From Prorocentrum cordatum (taxonomy: Eukaryota): 64,000 nt of DNA. Positions 1 through 11,950 of this stretch are shown here, piece after piece; within the stretch, counting starts at the first letter, position 1, and every line of letters begins with the position of its first letter. The notes beneath the pieces are model-generated. The model made no database searches and was not told the origin of the DNA. It worked only from the letters and a program-made list of their open reading frames with translations. The stretch is taken from contig CAUYUJ010000055.1 of assembly GCA_963575745.1 (NCBI GenBank), forward strand, positions 1 through 64,000. The letters are read 5' to 3'. The translations under genes were made by a program, and so were the position numbers.

Positions 1-115
1 CAGCGCAGCAGCGGGAGCATGATTCGGAACGAGCGGAAGCACGGAAATGAGGCCAGCGCTGCAGCGGGAGCACGATTCGGAACGAGCGGGGCCCGAAAAT
101 GAGGCCGGCGCCTCA
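1..115 (+). repeat. End of a ~54-bp tandem repeat
   Basis: GCAGCGGGAGCA.GATTCGGAACGAGCGG occurs twice. Confidence 0.7.
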
Positions 116-275
116 GCGAGAGCAGCATTTTGAAAACAAATGCAGGCGAAAACCCAACTCCCGGGAATCCTGTGTGTAAAAAACAATACGCGGGGGGGGG
201 GGGTCGGCTACTCCCAGGACGCCATCAGGGGAAGAGGGAGAGTAGTATTCATATTGAGTAATTGTAGAGGAGCCA

Positions 276-858
276 GGAGGAGGAGGAGGAGGAGGAGGAG
301 GAGGAGGAGGAGGAGGAGGAGGAGGAGGAGGAGGAGGAGGAGGAGGGCAGGAGGAGGAGGAGGAGGAAGGAGGAGGGGGAGGGGGAGGGGGAGGGGAGGG
401 GAGGGGGAGGGGGGGGGGGGGGGAGGGGGAGGGGGAGGGGTGAGGGGGAGGGGGCGGGAGGGGGAGGAGGAGGAGGAGGAGGAGGAGGAGGAGGAGGAGG
501 AGGAGGAGGAGGAGGAGGAGGGGAGGAGGAGGAGGAGGCAGGAAGGAGGAGGCGGAGGAGGAGGGGAGGAGCGGAGGAGGAGGAGGAGGGAGGGGGAGGG
601 GGAGGGGGAGGGGGATGGGGAGGGGGAGGGGGAGGGGGAGGGGGAGGGGAGGGGGGAGGGGAGAGGGGAGGAAGCAGGTAGGAGGAGGAGGAGGAGGAGA
701 GGAGGAGGAGGAGGAGGATGAGGAGGAGGAGGAGGAGGCGGAGGAGGAGAGGGAGGAGGAGGAGCAGGAGGAGGAGGAGGAGGAGGAGGAGGAGGAGGAG
801 GAAGAGCAGGAGGAGGGGGAGGGGGAGGAGGAGGAAGAGCAGGAGGAGGAGCAGGAGA
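276..858. repeat. (GGA)n / G-rich microsatellite
   Basis: Direct. Confidence 0.95.
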
Positions 859-990
859 ACCAAACGACAAGACGGGACAGCACAATTAAGCGAGGTGACC
901 AGCGGCAGACTCCGCTTCGAGAGAGGGAGCCACCAGCCGTCGGCGTAAGTGTGGCGCCTATCTGAGCTTCCGATCAGCGTCTGCAGAGAC

Positions 991-1150
991 CGAAGGGGTC
1001 CAGGGACACACACATAAATAGACACAAATCCGAGAATCCCCCATACTTTCGCGTGCTTTCAAGATGTTCGTCTTCCCACCCACTTCCCGTGTTTTCCCAT
1101 ATTCCCGAGGGATCGACGATTCATTGTGTCTGTATGTGTTTCCCTCCTGA
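991..1150 (+). mobile_element. Family 1 short element (about 160 bp, NGAAGGGG...CCTCCTGA, CCCATATTTT core) with 5-bp TSD. Other copies: 5692-5857, 6121-6253 (partial), 20255-20413, 50656-50818, 54737-54910, 58260-58421.
   Basis: Seven alignable copies. TSDs GAGAC/GAGAC, GAAGG/GAAGG, CTATT/CTATT, GAAAT/GAGAT. Confidence 0.85.
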
Positions 1151-2277
1151 GAGACATCAGGCGACAACCCCATTTTGAAGGGGAACCACCCTCAATGACT
1201 GGATAGATTGCACAGCTTTAGGTTTCGAACGTTGCCATGCTGAGGACGTAGAAGAAGAGGACCCCATTCTGAAAAGAAATCGCCCCTCCCCCATGCGCAT
1301 ATCTGGGCGGAGCAGAATACGACGAACGCGCGCGGGGCCAAAGCGCGAGCCCCATCCGTCCCGTGCCCTCCCCCTGCATCCCTGCGAACGGAATTGGGCC
1401 TCAGGTCATCTGATAAGTATGCGGGTCGTCTGGCTGCCGAGGGTCCCAGAGATGAGAGTGCGCAGAGGCGCAAGTCCTAGCACTGCCTCGCCACTGAAAG
1501 CGGGAGACTTGCGAGCTGATGAGGCGCGGATCCCGAGATGTTCCAAGCTTCGCGCTCCTCAAGGGGTGCCCAGGGGAGATTCGGGAATGGAGAAGCTATG
1601 TTCAGTCGCTGATGGTGTTGGGCACCGCTTCCCTTCCCCGCCCGCGCGGTGGCCAGGCCACGGCGGTGGAGCAAGCAGGAGCTGGGCTGGGCACGTCGCT
1701 CTCTGTCTCTCGGCCCCCGCTCATCCCTCTGCCCTTCTCTCCGTGCACCCTTGAACACGTGCGGCTTGTCTCTGACGTAAGTGCAATAAGGGCGGCCCGT
1801 TCGGTGACCACGGCTTCGATGTGGGCGCGCACAGGAGGAAGGAGGGAAGAGGGAGGAGGGAGGAGGGAGGAGGGAGGAGGGAGGATGGGTAGGGACGAGG
1901 CTGATGCAGGGGGGGATGGAGATAGCAGGAGGAGGGATGAGGGAAAACTGTTGCTGGACGTTCTGGAAAGCACAACGTGCGGGGTAGGCGAAAAAAGAAA
2001 AGAGAGGAAGGATCCGCCGGCCCAGCTGCCCGCTGCCCGCAGCGGGCGGGCACTCCCGTGTGACCCTGCCCTCCTGCCCCATCTGGTCCGAGGGCGCGGA
2101 GGGGCCCCCGAGACCTCGGGAGGAGCGGGAGGGAGAGGGGAGGACGACGACGGGGGGAGGAGGAGGAGGAGGAGGAGGAGGAGGAGGAGGAGGAGGAGGA
2201 GGAGGAGGAGGAGGAGGAGGAGGAGGAGGAGGGGACGCTCCACGGGGGGCGCGTCGACCGCCGAGGCCAGGAATGTC

Positions 2278-2352
2278 CTTGGCCTCGAAGAAGATGCGCC
2301 CGAAGTACTTGTGCAGCTCGGCGAGCGTCCCGTTGATCTTCTTGTGCTGGGC
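2278..2352 (-). CDS. Gene A exon (AQHKKINGTLAELHKYFGRIFFE[AK]). Downstream exons unresolved or outside the window.
   Basis: GAG|GCC acceptor. Donor is GAG|GC (exon end 2284) or AAG|GA (exon end 2278). Codons end in G/C. Confidence 0.75.
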
Positions 2353-2426
2353 CTCTGGCGCCGCTGGCAAGCGTGCGGCAGGCTCGCTGTCCTGACGATA
2401 TCGACGTCGGCTTCTGACGCCGCGTG

Positions 2427-2610
2427 TTATGTTGTTCCCATCCTACTTAAGGACCACATCCTAGAAATAACTTCGAGCACCCGGAAAAGTGTCAAAAAGA
2501 GTGTCGAAAAGAGTGTCGAAACAGTGTCGGGCGAGTGTCCCCCAGGGCCCGACACGTGGAAACCCTTGCGTTTCGGTAATTTGTGGGGCGCTCGGAATTC
2601 TTCCTGGTGA
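2427..2610 (+). repeat. Interspersed repeat family 5 (CCTACTTAAGGACCACATCC...). Copies at 5313-5430 and about 40585-40745.
   Basis: Three alignable copies in the same orientation. Confidence 0.8.
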
Positions 2611-3020
2611 TCAAGGCTACGGCAGGTTCGTGTCGTGCCGACCCCAGCGTTGGTTTTTGACACCGCAGGGATCGTTCAACCTTGAACGATCGGCCGCTGC
2701 CGCGACGTCCGATCGTTCAACATCGACCGATTCTGGGTCGCCGGCGGCGTTCAACCTTGAGCGCCCGCGCTGGGGTCGCCGCTGGTCGACACGACGCAAA
2801 CCTACCGTAAAGTAGGCTGGTTCATCATGAGCCGCGTGGATCCTTCCACCCCGAATGGTCGCGGCTCTCCCGCAGCGCCGATCGCCCGAGGTTGGCCCAT
2901 GCTGGGCCAGCGGCGGCGTGCGGCCCTGGGCCGGGGCGCCCGGTGCTGCGCGCCTCCTGCGGCGCCGCGCGCACGGTGCCGCGCACCCGGCACCGCTCGA
3001 GAGAGAGGGCCCAGCGCACG

Positions 3021-3228
3021 GTTTGGTGGTCCCCAAACGTGGTGGTGAGAACACCCGGTGGTGAGTTTTGGGCGATTCGGGTAGTGGTTTTCGAGCGCTG
3101 GCTGGCCCAGGAGACGCAAAACCTCGTGGCGACCGCGTGTCCCCAAACCCAGTGGCGACCCAGAATTATTTTTGGGGGAATCGGGGTCACCACCGGGTGT
3201 CTCACCACCTGGTTTGGAGACCACCAAG
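3021..3228. mobile_element. Single-copy MITE-like foldback element
   Basis: TTGGTGGTCCCCAAACGTGGTGGTGAGAACACCCGGTGGTGA is inverted at TCACCACCGGGTGTCTCACCACCTGGTTTGGAGACCACCAA. Confidence 0.7.
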
Positions 3229-3816
3229 CGGTGCTGCGCGGGCCCCGCTCGAGCAGGGCGGGTGCTGCCGGCGCCCGCGGCACCCGCCCTGCTCGAGCAG
3301 GGCAGGGAGGCGGGTGCCGCACTCCCGCCGCCGCGTGCCCGACGTGGCCGCAGCCCCGCCGGGCGTGGGGGCCGGGCGGGCCGCATTCCCCCTCCGCGAG
3401 CGCCGCGGCCTTGACAGGCGGGCTCCACTGCTCGCGAGGTGGCCGATCGCAAGTGGCCCGGAGCTGCCGCGCGGGGCCTGGCGATGCATGGCAGCGAGGC
3501 GAGCATGTGCTTTGCGGACGTTGGCGAGTAGGCACCTTGCGAGTAGTGGAACGCGCTCGGTGAGCGACATCGGCACGGAGGCGTGACATCGGCGTCGTCG
3601 GCGTCGGCGTCGGCGTCGTCGGCGTCGGCGTCGTCGGCGTCGGCGCCGGCGTCGGCGTCGTCGTCGGCGTCGGCGTCGTCGTCGGCGTCGGCGTCGTCGG
3701 CGTCGCCGTCGTCGGCGTCGCCGTCGTCGTAGTCGGCGTCGTCGTCGTAGTCGGCGTCGTTGTCGGCAGCGTCGTCGTCGTTGTTGTCGGCGGCGTCATC
3801 GTCGTCGTCGTCGGTC

Positions 3817-3960
3817 CCCCTCAGAAGGCGGCCGGGGCTTCTCAGAAGGCCTCCGGCCTTCTGGGAAGTTTTCGTTGTGTCTTCAGGGAGGGCTTAGAAA
3901 ACTTCTCAGAGGGCCGGAGGGCTTCCGAGCCTTCTGAGAAGGCCCGCCCCTTCTGGCCTT
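3817..3960. repeat. CTTCTCAGAAGG / CTTCTGAGAAGG repeat family. Also at about 4970-5090, 15060-15240, 44910-44990 and 51525-51870.
   Basis: Recurrent quasi-palindromic 12-mer clusters. Confidence 0.65.
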
Positions 3961-4050
3961 GCCGCCTGGGCTCGCCGCCGACCGACTGCTGTCAGAAGCG
4001 GGGAACAGCCCACATGGAAACAAGACCCTGGCGAGCCAGCATGCTACTAC

Positions 4051-4216
4051 TGACTACCTACCAGACCACCCCAACCCAACCCGAAGACCCGAATTTCGGG
4101 TTGGGGGGGGTACGGGTTCCATATGTGTTTTCTCGATGTTCCACGACCCCCCCCAACTGGAAACCGAGGATAAATTGGGGCCTTCGGGTTGGGTTGGGGT
4201 GGTTTGGTGGGTGGTG
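4051..4216 (+). mobile_element. MITE with CCACCCCAACCCAACCCGAAG TIR. A left end recurs at 6471-6530.
   Basis: Inverted termini, and a near-identical 60-bp left end at 6471. Confidence 0.75.
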
Positions 4217-7200
4217 AACTACACTGCACTTGGCCGCTCACGAGATGATGCGCGTAACCCTGCCCGCCTCCGCCTCGGTCGCCCTGTGCGCCGGTCCACA
4301 TCCTCCCGGGGTTGCTGCGCTTGCCCCTCGAACGTCATGGTTGCGGTGTCGGTGATACTCTTGTCGTGCCACGGCTGCTGAAATGTTGGTGCTGATTTTG
4401 CTGCTATTGCTGCTGCTCGGTGTACCGCTAGCGCTGCACCTGTGTTACGCACTGCTACTACTGCAATCACCCATCGTACCTGCTGCTGCTGCTGCTGCTC
4501 GCGAGCCCGCCCACCTCTCAAAAAGCCCCAAGCATCTAACGGCTGTGACTCAATGCCCAGCGAATGCAGTGGGCTCTATCCCAGCATGCGGCTATGGACG
4601 CAGAGCAAAGGTCGAGCCAGTCACCCGTAGCTGCCACCGCAGCACCAGGCGCGCAGCACACAGCGCTTTCATGTGTCAAGCGCGGAGGCACACGCAAATT
4701 CCAGTCAGTACAGACCCAGGCAGCGCCGCGATGGCAGCACCGCAGCGGACAACCAACAGGGGAGCAGTGATCACTGCGGCTGTGAGGGAGGCGAGCGAGG
4801 GGCTCGCGGTGGAGAGATCCTCTCGCCCGCAGGCGCTGCCACCACGCAGACGGGTCCGCGCACCCGGGAGCAGAACGGCCAGCACAGTTGAGACCGAGTT
4901 GCTGCAGACTGGACGGGCAAGGAAAAGAGGGGGATCCGGGCAGCGCCAGGCGGGACGCGACGCGGTGCGCAGAAGGGGGTGGGGGGAGGGGGGAGGGCTG
5001 CTTAGAAGGAGGCCGCTTCTCAACATGGCCCGCGCCTTCCACAAAGCAGGGATGCTTCTAAGAAGCCTTCCCCCCTTCCCCCCACCCCCCTGGGCAAGTG
5101 GCCCGATACTCTGCGTGCGGTGGTGAGCGCGGGGGGTCGCCACCCCCGCCTCCCTGAGCAGACCCCCGTCGCGGACCGTCACCGCGCGCCGAAGGCGCTC
5201 CCACCCTCGCAGCGGTGCGCTGACGGGGCCAGGCTGACCCCCGTCGGGGGGGGGACCCCCCACGCTTACACAGTCAACCCGCATGGTAAGGACGGGCACC
5301 CTTCCCGAGGGTTATGTTGCTCCCATCCTACTTAAGGACCACATCCCAGAAATAATTTCGAGCACCCGGAAAAGTGTCAAAAGAGGCTCGAAACAGTATC
5401 GAAACGGTGTCGGGCGAGCGCCTCCCAGAGACTCCTCCTCCTCCTCCTCCTCCTCCTCTCCTCCTCCTCCGCCTCCTCCGCATCCTCCTCCTCCTCCTCC
5501 TCCTCCTCCTCCTCCTCCTCCTCCTCCTCCTCCTCCGCCTCCTCCTCCTCCTCCTCCTCCTCCTCCGGCTACCCTGGCATCCTTCCCCCTCCTCCCTCTG
5601 CGCCCCGCCGCCGCGTGGCCGAGCCCTCGACGCCGCCCCAGGGCGCGGGGCGCCAGAGCGAGCCCGTGAGCCACGTCGTGGTGCGCGAAGGGGAAGGGGC
5701 CCCAGGACGCACAAATAAATACACACACATCAAAATATTCCCCATAGTTTCCCATATTTTCTGGGTGTTCGTCTTCCCCCCCACTTCCCATATTTTCCCA
5801 TATTTTCTGGAGAGTCGACGATTCATTGTGTCTGTGTGTTTTTTTATTCCCTCCTGAGAAGGGGCTGGCGGATCCCCCGGGAGGGGGGGCGGGGGCTCCG
5901 TCGGCAGAGGTCGAGGGCCCCGGGCCCTCCCCGATGTGAAAACGACGCGAAGGTCGGGACAAAATCGGATCGGGACAGCTCGAAGTCTCCGAGAATCGGC
6001 GGGTTCGGAGGATGTACTGGGCGCCGCGGCCGCTCCAGTGAGCGTTCCGCGGACGCTCCGAGAGCGCTCCGGAACGCTCTGGAGCGATTTGTCCCGATCC
6101 TAGCCCTGTTTTAGGCTCCTACACACAAATAGCAGATTCCCCATAGTTTCCCATATTTTCTGGGTGTTCGTCTTCCCCCCCACTTCCCATATTTTCCCAT
6201 ATTTTCTGGAGAGTCGCCGATTAATTGCGTCTGTTTGTTTTTTCCCCTCCTGAGAAGGGGCTGGCGGCTCCCCCGGGGGGGGGGGCGGGGGCTCCCTCGG
6301 CAGAGGTCCGAGGGCCCCCGGGCCCTCCCCGATGCAGGAGGTCGGCACGCCCAGAGGGGGGGAGCGAGGCGTGGCGCGAGCGCGAAGGCTCCGAGGTCCG
6401 CGCGGGTGCGGGAGGTCCGCGCGGAGCCCCGGGACCTGATCGTTTTGTGCCATCCTTCGTTCCCTGACTTTGACTACCTACCAGACCACCCCAACCCAAC
6501 CCGAAGACCCGAATTTCGGGTTGGGGGGGTAAGGGTTCCACGCCCGAAATGGGTATGGAAAGAATGGGTGCGATGCCCAACCGCAGTTCTTGTTCCTTCT
6601 GAACAGGGCTCGCTGTCCGCGCCGCCGCGGCCTGTGTCCATGCGAGACAGGAGGCCGCCTGCCCAACAGCGGCCGCTGTTGGCTTTGGACAACATTTGTT
6701 GTTGGGCATAGTGCCCATTTTTTCGGTACCCATGTCGGGCGTCCAGACTGATTGCCGCCGGCTTCGGCCTCCAGGGCCCTCGCTGGACCTGGGACTGCCC
6801 AACAAAAGAAACGCTTCGGAAGGAAGAGCCGGCCCTGGGGAGAGGGTCGAGACTTGTTCACGTCTGATTGGTTGTGCTGATTTTGTCTTGGGGGGGAGGG
6901 GCAGGGGGGCCCAGTACTGAGAACATCGACACGTCGGATCCCTGGGGCGGCACGGAAGCTTCGCCAGTTGGGCGGTCGCAAACTGGATCGAAGGCCGAGT
7001 TGAGCACTCTCGATGCAGCCTCTCACTGGGGGATACTGAGATCCTGCCAATATGGTAGCTAGGCTCCTCCTCCTCCTCCTCCTCCTCCTCCTCCTCCTCA
7101 TCCTCCTCCTCCTCCTCATATTCCTCCTCATCCTCCTCATCATCATCATTAGCAGCAGCATCAGCAGCAGCAGCGAGACAGTCGCAAACTGCAAAGAAAT

Positions 7201-7303
7201 CCGCATTGAGCAATCTCGACGTTGCCTTAGGCTGGTTCCTAATCCTCATCCTCCAACTCCGAATCCGACCTGCAATACCGTCACGCCCCTCCCCGATCAG
7301 GAC

Positions 7304-7372
7304 CTTGATGAGGTCGTGGTAGCCTTCGGGATTGTGCTCTGTCGTGTGGAAGTTGTCGGTGTGGGTAAGCAC
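7304..7372 (-). CDS. Gene A exon (VLTHTDNFHTTEHNPEGYHDLIK)
   Basis: AG|GTG acceptor at the end of a (GA)n run, AAG|GT donor, 69 nt, phase 0/0. Confidence 0.75.
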
Positions 7373-7759
7373 CTCTCTCTCTCTCTCTCTCTCTCTATCC
7401 CTCCCTCCCTCCATCCCTCACTCGATCGATGTACGTTCAAGTACATGGACGAAACGTCTTGTGGGTTGAGGGGGGGTCCCAGTCCACCATGCGCCAGAGG
7501 GCCCCCAAGCGGCCCCCGATAGGGGCGGCAAAACGGCTCCAGGACCTTGCGGGGCCCGTCCGAGGGAGCTCAGGAGGGCGGCTGGGAAATACCCTGGTCG
7601 GCGCCACAGGGGAGGGGGAGGGAGGGGCAGGAGGGGAGAAGGAGAGGGGGAGGGGAAGGGTAGCGGGAAGGGAGGGGAATGGGAGGGTGAGGGAGGGTGA
7701 GAGGGCACACGGGACGGGAGAACGCTCAAGTGAGCGGAAGGGAGGCAAGAGGGACCATG

Positions 7760-7800
7760 CCTCCTCCTCCTCCTCCTCCTCCTCCTCCTCCTCCTCCTCC

Positions 7801-7870
<70 letters not shown>

Positions 7871-7932
7871 CATCCTCATCCTCATCCTCATCCTCATCCT
7901 CATCCTCATCCTCATCCTCATCCTCATCATCC

Positions 7933-8015
<83 letters not shown>

Positions 8016-8053
8016 GTCATCGTCATCATCTCATCGTCATCGTCATCGTCATC

Positions 8054-8087
<34 letters not shown>

Positions 8088-8960
8088 TCACATCATCACC
8101 CCACCACCACCACCACGACCACCACACCATCACACCACCACCACCACCACCACCACCACCCATCATCATCATCATCAATCATCATCATCATCATCATCGT
8201 CATCATCATCATCATCATCATCACCGTCATCGTCATCGTCATCGTCACCATCATCATCATCCTCATCCTCATCAGCATCATCATCATCATCCTCATCATC
8301 AGCAGCAGCATCATCAGCATCATCATCGTCAGCATCGTCATCATCAGCATCATCAGCATAATCCTCATCATCATCCTAATCAGCATCATCATCTTCATCA
8401 TCATAATCCTCGTCATCATCATCCTCATCCTCATCCTCATCATCAACATCATCATCATCATCAGCAGCATCATCAGCATCAGCATCATCATCAGCAGCAG
8501 CATCATCAGCAGCATCATCATCAAATCATCATCAGCATCATCATCGTCATCATCAGCAGCATCATCATAATCAGCATCATCATAATCAGCAGCAGCATCA
8601 TCATCATTCTCATCATTAGCCTCATCCTCATCATCAGCAGCATCATCAGCAGCAGCAATCAGCATCAGCATCAGAATCAGCATCAACATCACTCTCATCA
8701 GCATCATTAGCAGTAGCACCATCACCATCAGCATCATCCTCGTCATCATGATCATCAGCAGCAGCAGCATCATCATCATCAGCATCATCATCATAATCCT
8801 GCCCCTCCTCCCACAATCCCCCTCCTCCTCATCATCATCACCATCATCATCACCGTCAGCATCAGCATCACCATCAGCAGCAGCAGCAGCAGCAGCAGTC
8901 AGAACAATTACAACAACAACATCAGCAGCAACAACAACCACAACAACAACAACAACAATC
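7760..8960. repeat. Compound degenerate (CCT)/(CAT)/(CAG)/(CAA) microsatellite
   Basis: Direct. Confidence 0.95.
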
Positions 8961-9571
8961 ATTACAAAACTGTTCGCTCCTACCGGCCCGCGTGTCATTC
9001 CCTATGCATACCCCAAGCCCTGGATGCCAGCCCTCTTCGTCTTCGATCGTACCCCTTTTGGGGGAGGGTTATATTCCTCACTGGGCGCGTCTGAGGCGGG
9101 AGCCGTTGTTTTTGTAGCCGGGGGCCCAGGGGCACAGTTTGGCCCGGATGACTTTCCCTGTCAAATGAACAGGGTGCGAGCGTCGAGGGGCGCACATTGA
9201 CTAAGAAAAAACAATGCGCACCGGTGGGGGGGACCAACAGAAATCATTCTTCAGGAATGAAAATTCAACATCAGCTGACATGCGAGGGAGAGGGAATCGG
9301 AAGGAGGGGGGAGGCGGCCCGGGAGGAGGGAGGAGCAGGAAGGTAAGAGTGCGGGAGGAGGGAGGAGGGAGGAGGAAGGAGCAGGAAGTCCTAGGCGAAA
9401 GCGCCATTCCACAAGGAAGTCTCGGGCGGCAGCCCACGACGGGCGGGCGATCCTCTGACGGGTGGGTCGGGCGGGTGGGACATTCAAGCGGGATGCCTGA
9501 GTAGGGCGAGAGAACGATTCCTAAGTAAAGTGTGACGGCGTCCTTGGCGCGAGCGTGGTGCCTGAGCGTAG

Positions 9572-10677
9572 TCCCACCAGCCCTTTGGGCGTGAGTGGTT
9601 AAGAGAGCTCTCTCTGTTCTCAACCCCCTAACCCCCTACTTCCCCTTCGGGGAGGGGTTTACCCCTCCCCCTACCCCCTCCCCCTGGGCCTGGAGAGGGC
9701 GGGCCGAGTGCAATCAAGGGGGTCTTTTTCGACTCCTGGGAGGGCCAAAAAACGACGACCCTCACGAGGATTCTGGCCCCCAGGGGGGGGGGGGACCGTT
9801 TGGCGCCTCAGACCGTCTTGGAAGCAAAAAACATTGATTTTACTAGGGCTTTGGCCCCATTTTGGCCTCCTGAGGGGGCCGCGCTCCTCTTCCTTCATAG
9901 CAAAATCATTGATTTTACGAAGGTTTTGGGCTCATTTTGTCCTTCTCAGGGGGCAGCGGTCATTTACGCTTCTGAGGAGGTCGCAAGAGGCCCCAAGCTG
10001 GCCCCAAGAGGCCCCCAGGAGGCTCCCAAGAGGCCTCCAAGGGGCCCCAAAGAGGCCCCCAAGAGGCCCCAAGAGGCCCCCAAGAGGCCCCCAAGAGGCC
10101 CCCAAGAGGCCCCAAGAGGCCCCAAGAGGCCCCCGAGAGGCCCCCAAGAGGCCCCCAAGAGGCCCCGAAGAGGCCCCAAGAGCCTCCAAGAGGCCCCCAA
10201 GAGGCCCCACGAGGAGCCCGAACGACTCACACCAGGACGAGGGGCCCGAACGACTCGCACCACGAAGAGCCCGAACGACTCACACCATAAGGAGGGGCCC
10301 GAACGACTCACACCAGGACGAGGCGCCCGAACGACTCACACCACGAGGAGCCCGAACGACTCACACCACGACGAAGAGCCCGAACGACTCGCACCACGAG
10401 GAGCCCGAACGAGTCACACCAGGAAGAAGGGCCCGAACGACTCACCAGGACGAGAATCCCCAAACGACTCAAACCACGAGGAGCGCTGTCTCTCCCTCCT
10501 CCTCCGCCTCGTCCTTCTCCCGCTCCCCCCACAAGGAGGATGTACAAGGAGGCGGGGGGAAGGAGGAACAGGGGAGGCATGCGGGGCCAAGCGGACACAC
10601 GCCTGAAAAACACGACTGTCGGCCTGCTTCGCGAGAGTTGCTGCTGTGAGATGGGCTGGTGGGGACACGCGAAGCGT
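9572..10677 (+). mobile_element. Non-autonomous element with TCCCACCAGCCC...GGGCTGGTGGGGA ends, carrying (CCCCAAGAGG)n and a ~28-bp CCCGAACGACTCACACCA minisatellite. Relatives at 10820-11376 and 15401-16414.
   Basis: Termini and internal TTTACCCCTCCCCCT shared by three copies. Further CCCAAGAGG tracts at about 27600-28190, 39690-39780, 40400-40580 and 61140-61360. Confidence 0.7.
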
Positions 10678-11865
10678 AAAGAATTAGCGCGACTTCTGAA
10701 TAAACTGCGACAAAGTCACAGGCGAGAGCGCAATTCCTGAAAGGGGGATGTCTGGCGGGAGCGGGGGTCTAGACTAAAGCGCAAGGAAATCTTCAGCGGG
10801 AGCGCCGTTCTTGAGTAAATCCCACCAGCCCTCTGGGCGTCGGTGGTTTAGAGCGTTTCCTCTTCCACCCCTCCTTCTTCCCCTTCGGGGGGGGGTTTAC
10901 CCCTCCCCCTACCCCCTCCCCACTGACCTGGACAGGGGGTTCCGCGGCGCGTTGGAGCGCCCAAGATCGACCCCTGGGAGGGCTAAAATTCGACACCCCT
11001 CACGAGGATCGTGGCTCCTGAGGGGGGGACTGTAATTAGGGAACCCCCCTTCGTTGATCGATCTCCTCCAAGATGGCTCCGAGGCCCCCCAAGAGGCCCT
11101 CAGGAGGCCCCCAAGAGACCCCCAAGAGGCCCCAAGAGACCCCCCAGAGGCACCCAAGAAGCGCCCAGGAGGCCCCAAGAAGCGCCCAGGAGGCCCCCAA
11201 AGGCCCCAAGATGGCCCGATGAGGCCCCAAGAGGCCCCCAGGAGGCCCCAAAGAGGATCCCGAACACCCCACAGGGGCCCCCCCGAGGCACCCAAGACGC
11301 TGAAAAGCCCCTCAGGACGACCCTCTACTCGCCTGGGCGTCGTTTCTGGACGGGCTGGTGGGGATACGCGAAGCGTCTAGAATTGTGAGAAGCCTCAGAC
11401 GGGAGGGGGGGGCCCGACTAAATTGCGAGGAAGTCACAGGCGGGAGCGCCGATCCTGAGTAAATTGCGGGAGCGGGGGTCCTGAGTAAAAGTTGGAAGAA
11501 GTCTCAGGCGGGAGCCGTTGTTGTTGTAGTCCGGGGGAGCAACAACGCAGTTTGACCTGTACTAAATGTGAGGAAGTCTCAAGCGGGAGCGCCGTTCCTG
11601 AGTAAATTGGGAGGAAATCTCAGACGGGAGGGGGGGGTCCTGAGTAAATTCGAAGGGAATCTCAAGCGGGAGCCGCTGTTGTTGTAGTCCGGGGGGCCAG
11701 GGGTCCAGTTTGACCACCACGACTTTCCCTGTCAGAAAACAGGGTGCGAGCGTCGAGGAACACACTTTGACTGAGAAAAACAATATGCACCGGTGAGCGG
11801 GGATCAACAATAATTATTCTTCAAAAATGAGAATTCAACAGCCGCAGCAGCAGCAGCAAAAATAA

Positions 11866-11949
<84 letters not shown>

Positions 11950-11950
<1 letters not shown>

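Noticed and set aside
880..1830. Possible downstream gene A exons (RHTYADGWWLPLSKR..., GRPYCTYVRDKPHVFK)
   Set aside because: No consistent splice pair or phase could be established.
10603..10623. Possible micro-exon ADSRVFQ (AG|G...CAG|GC)
   Set aside because: It lies inside a repeated element (9572-10677) and its codon usage is atypical.
9708..11388. Pro/Arg-rich ORFs (GPQEAPKRPPR)n
   Set aside because: Translation of the CCCCAAGAGG satellite, open in all frames.
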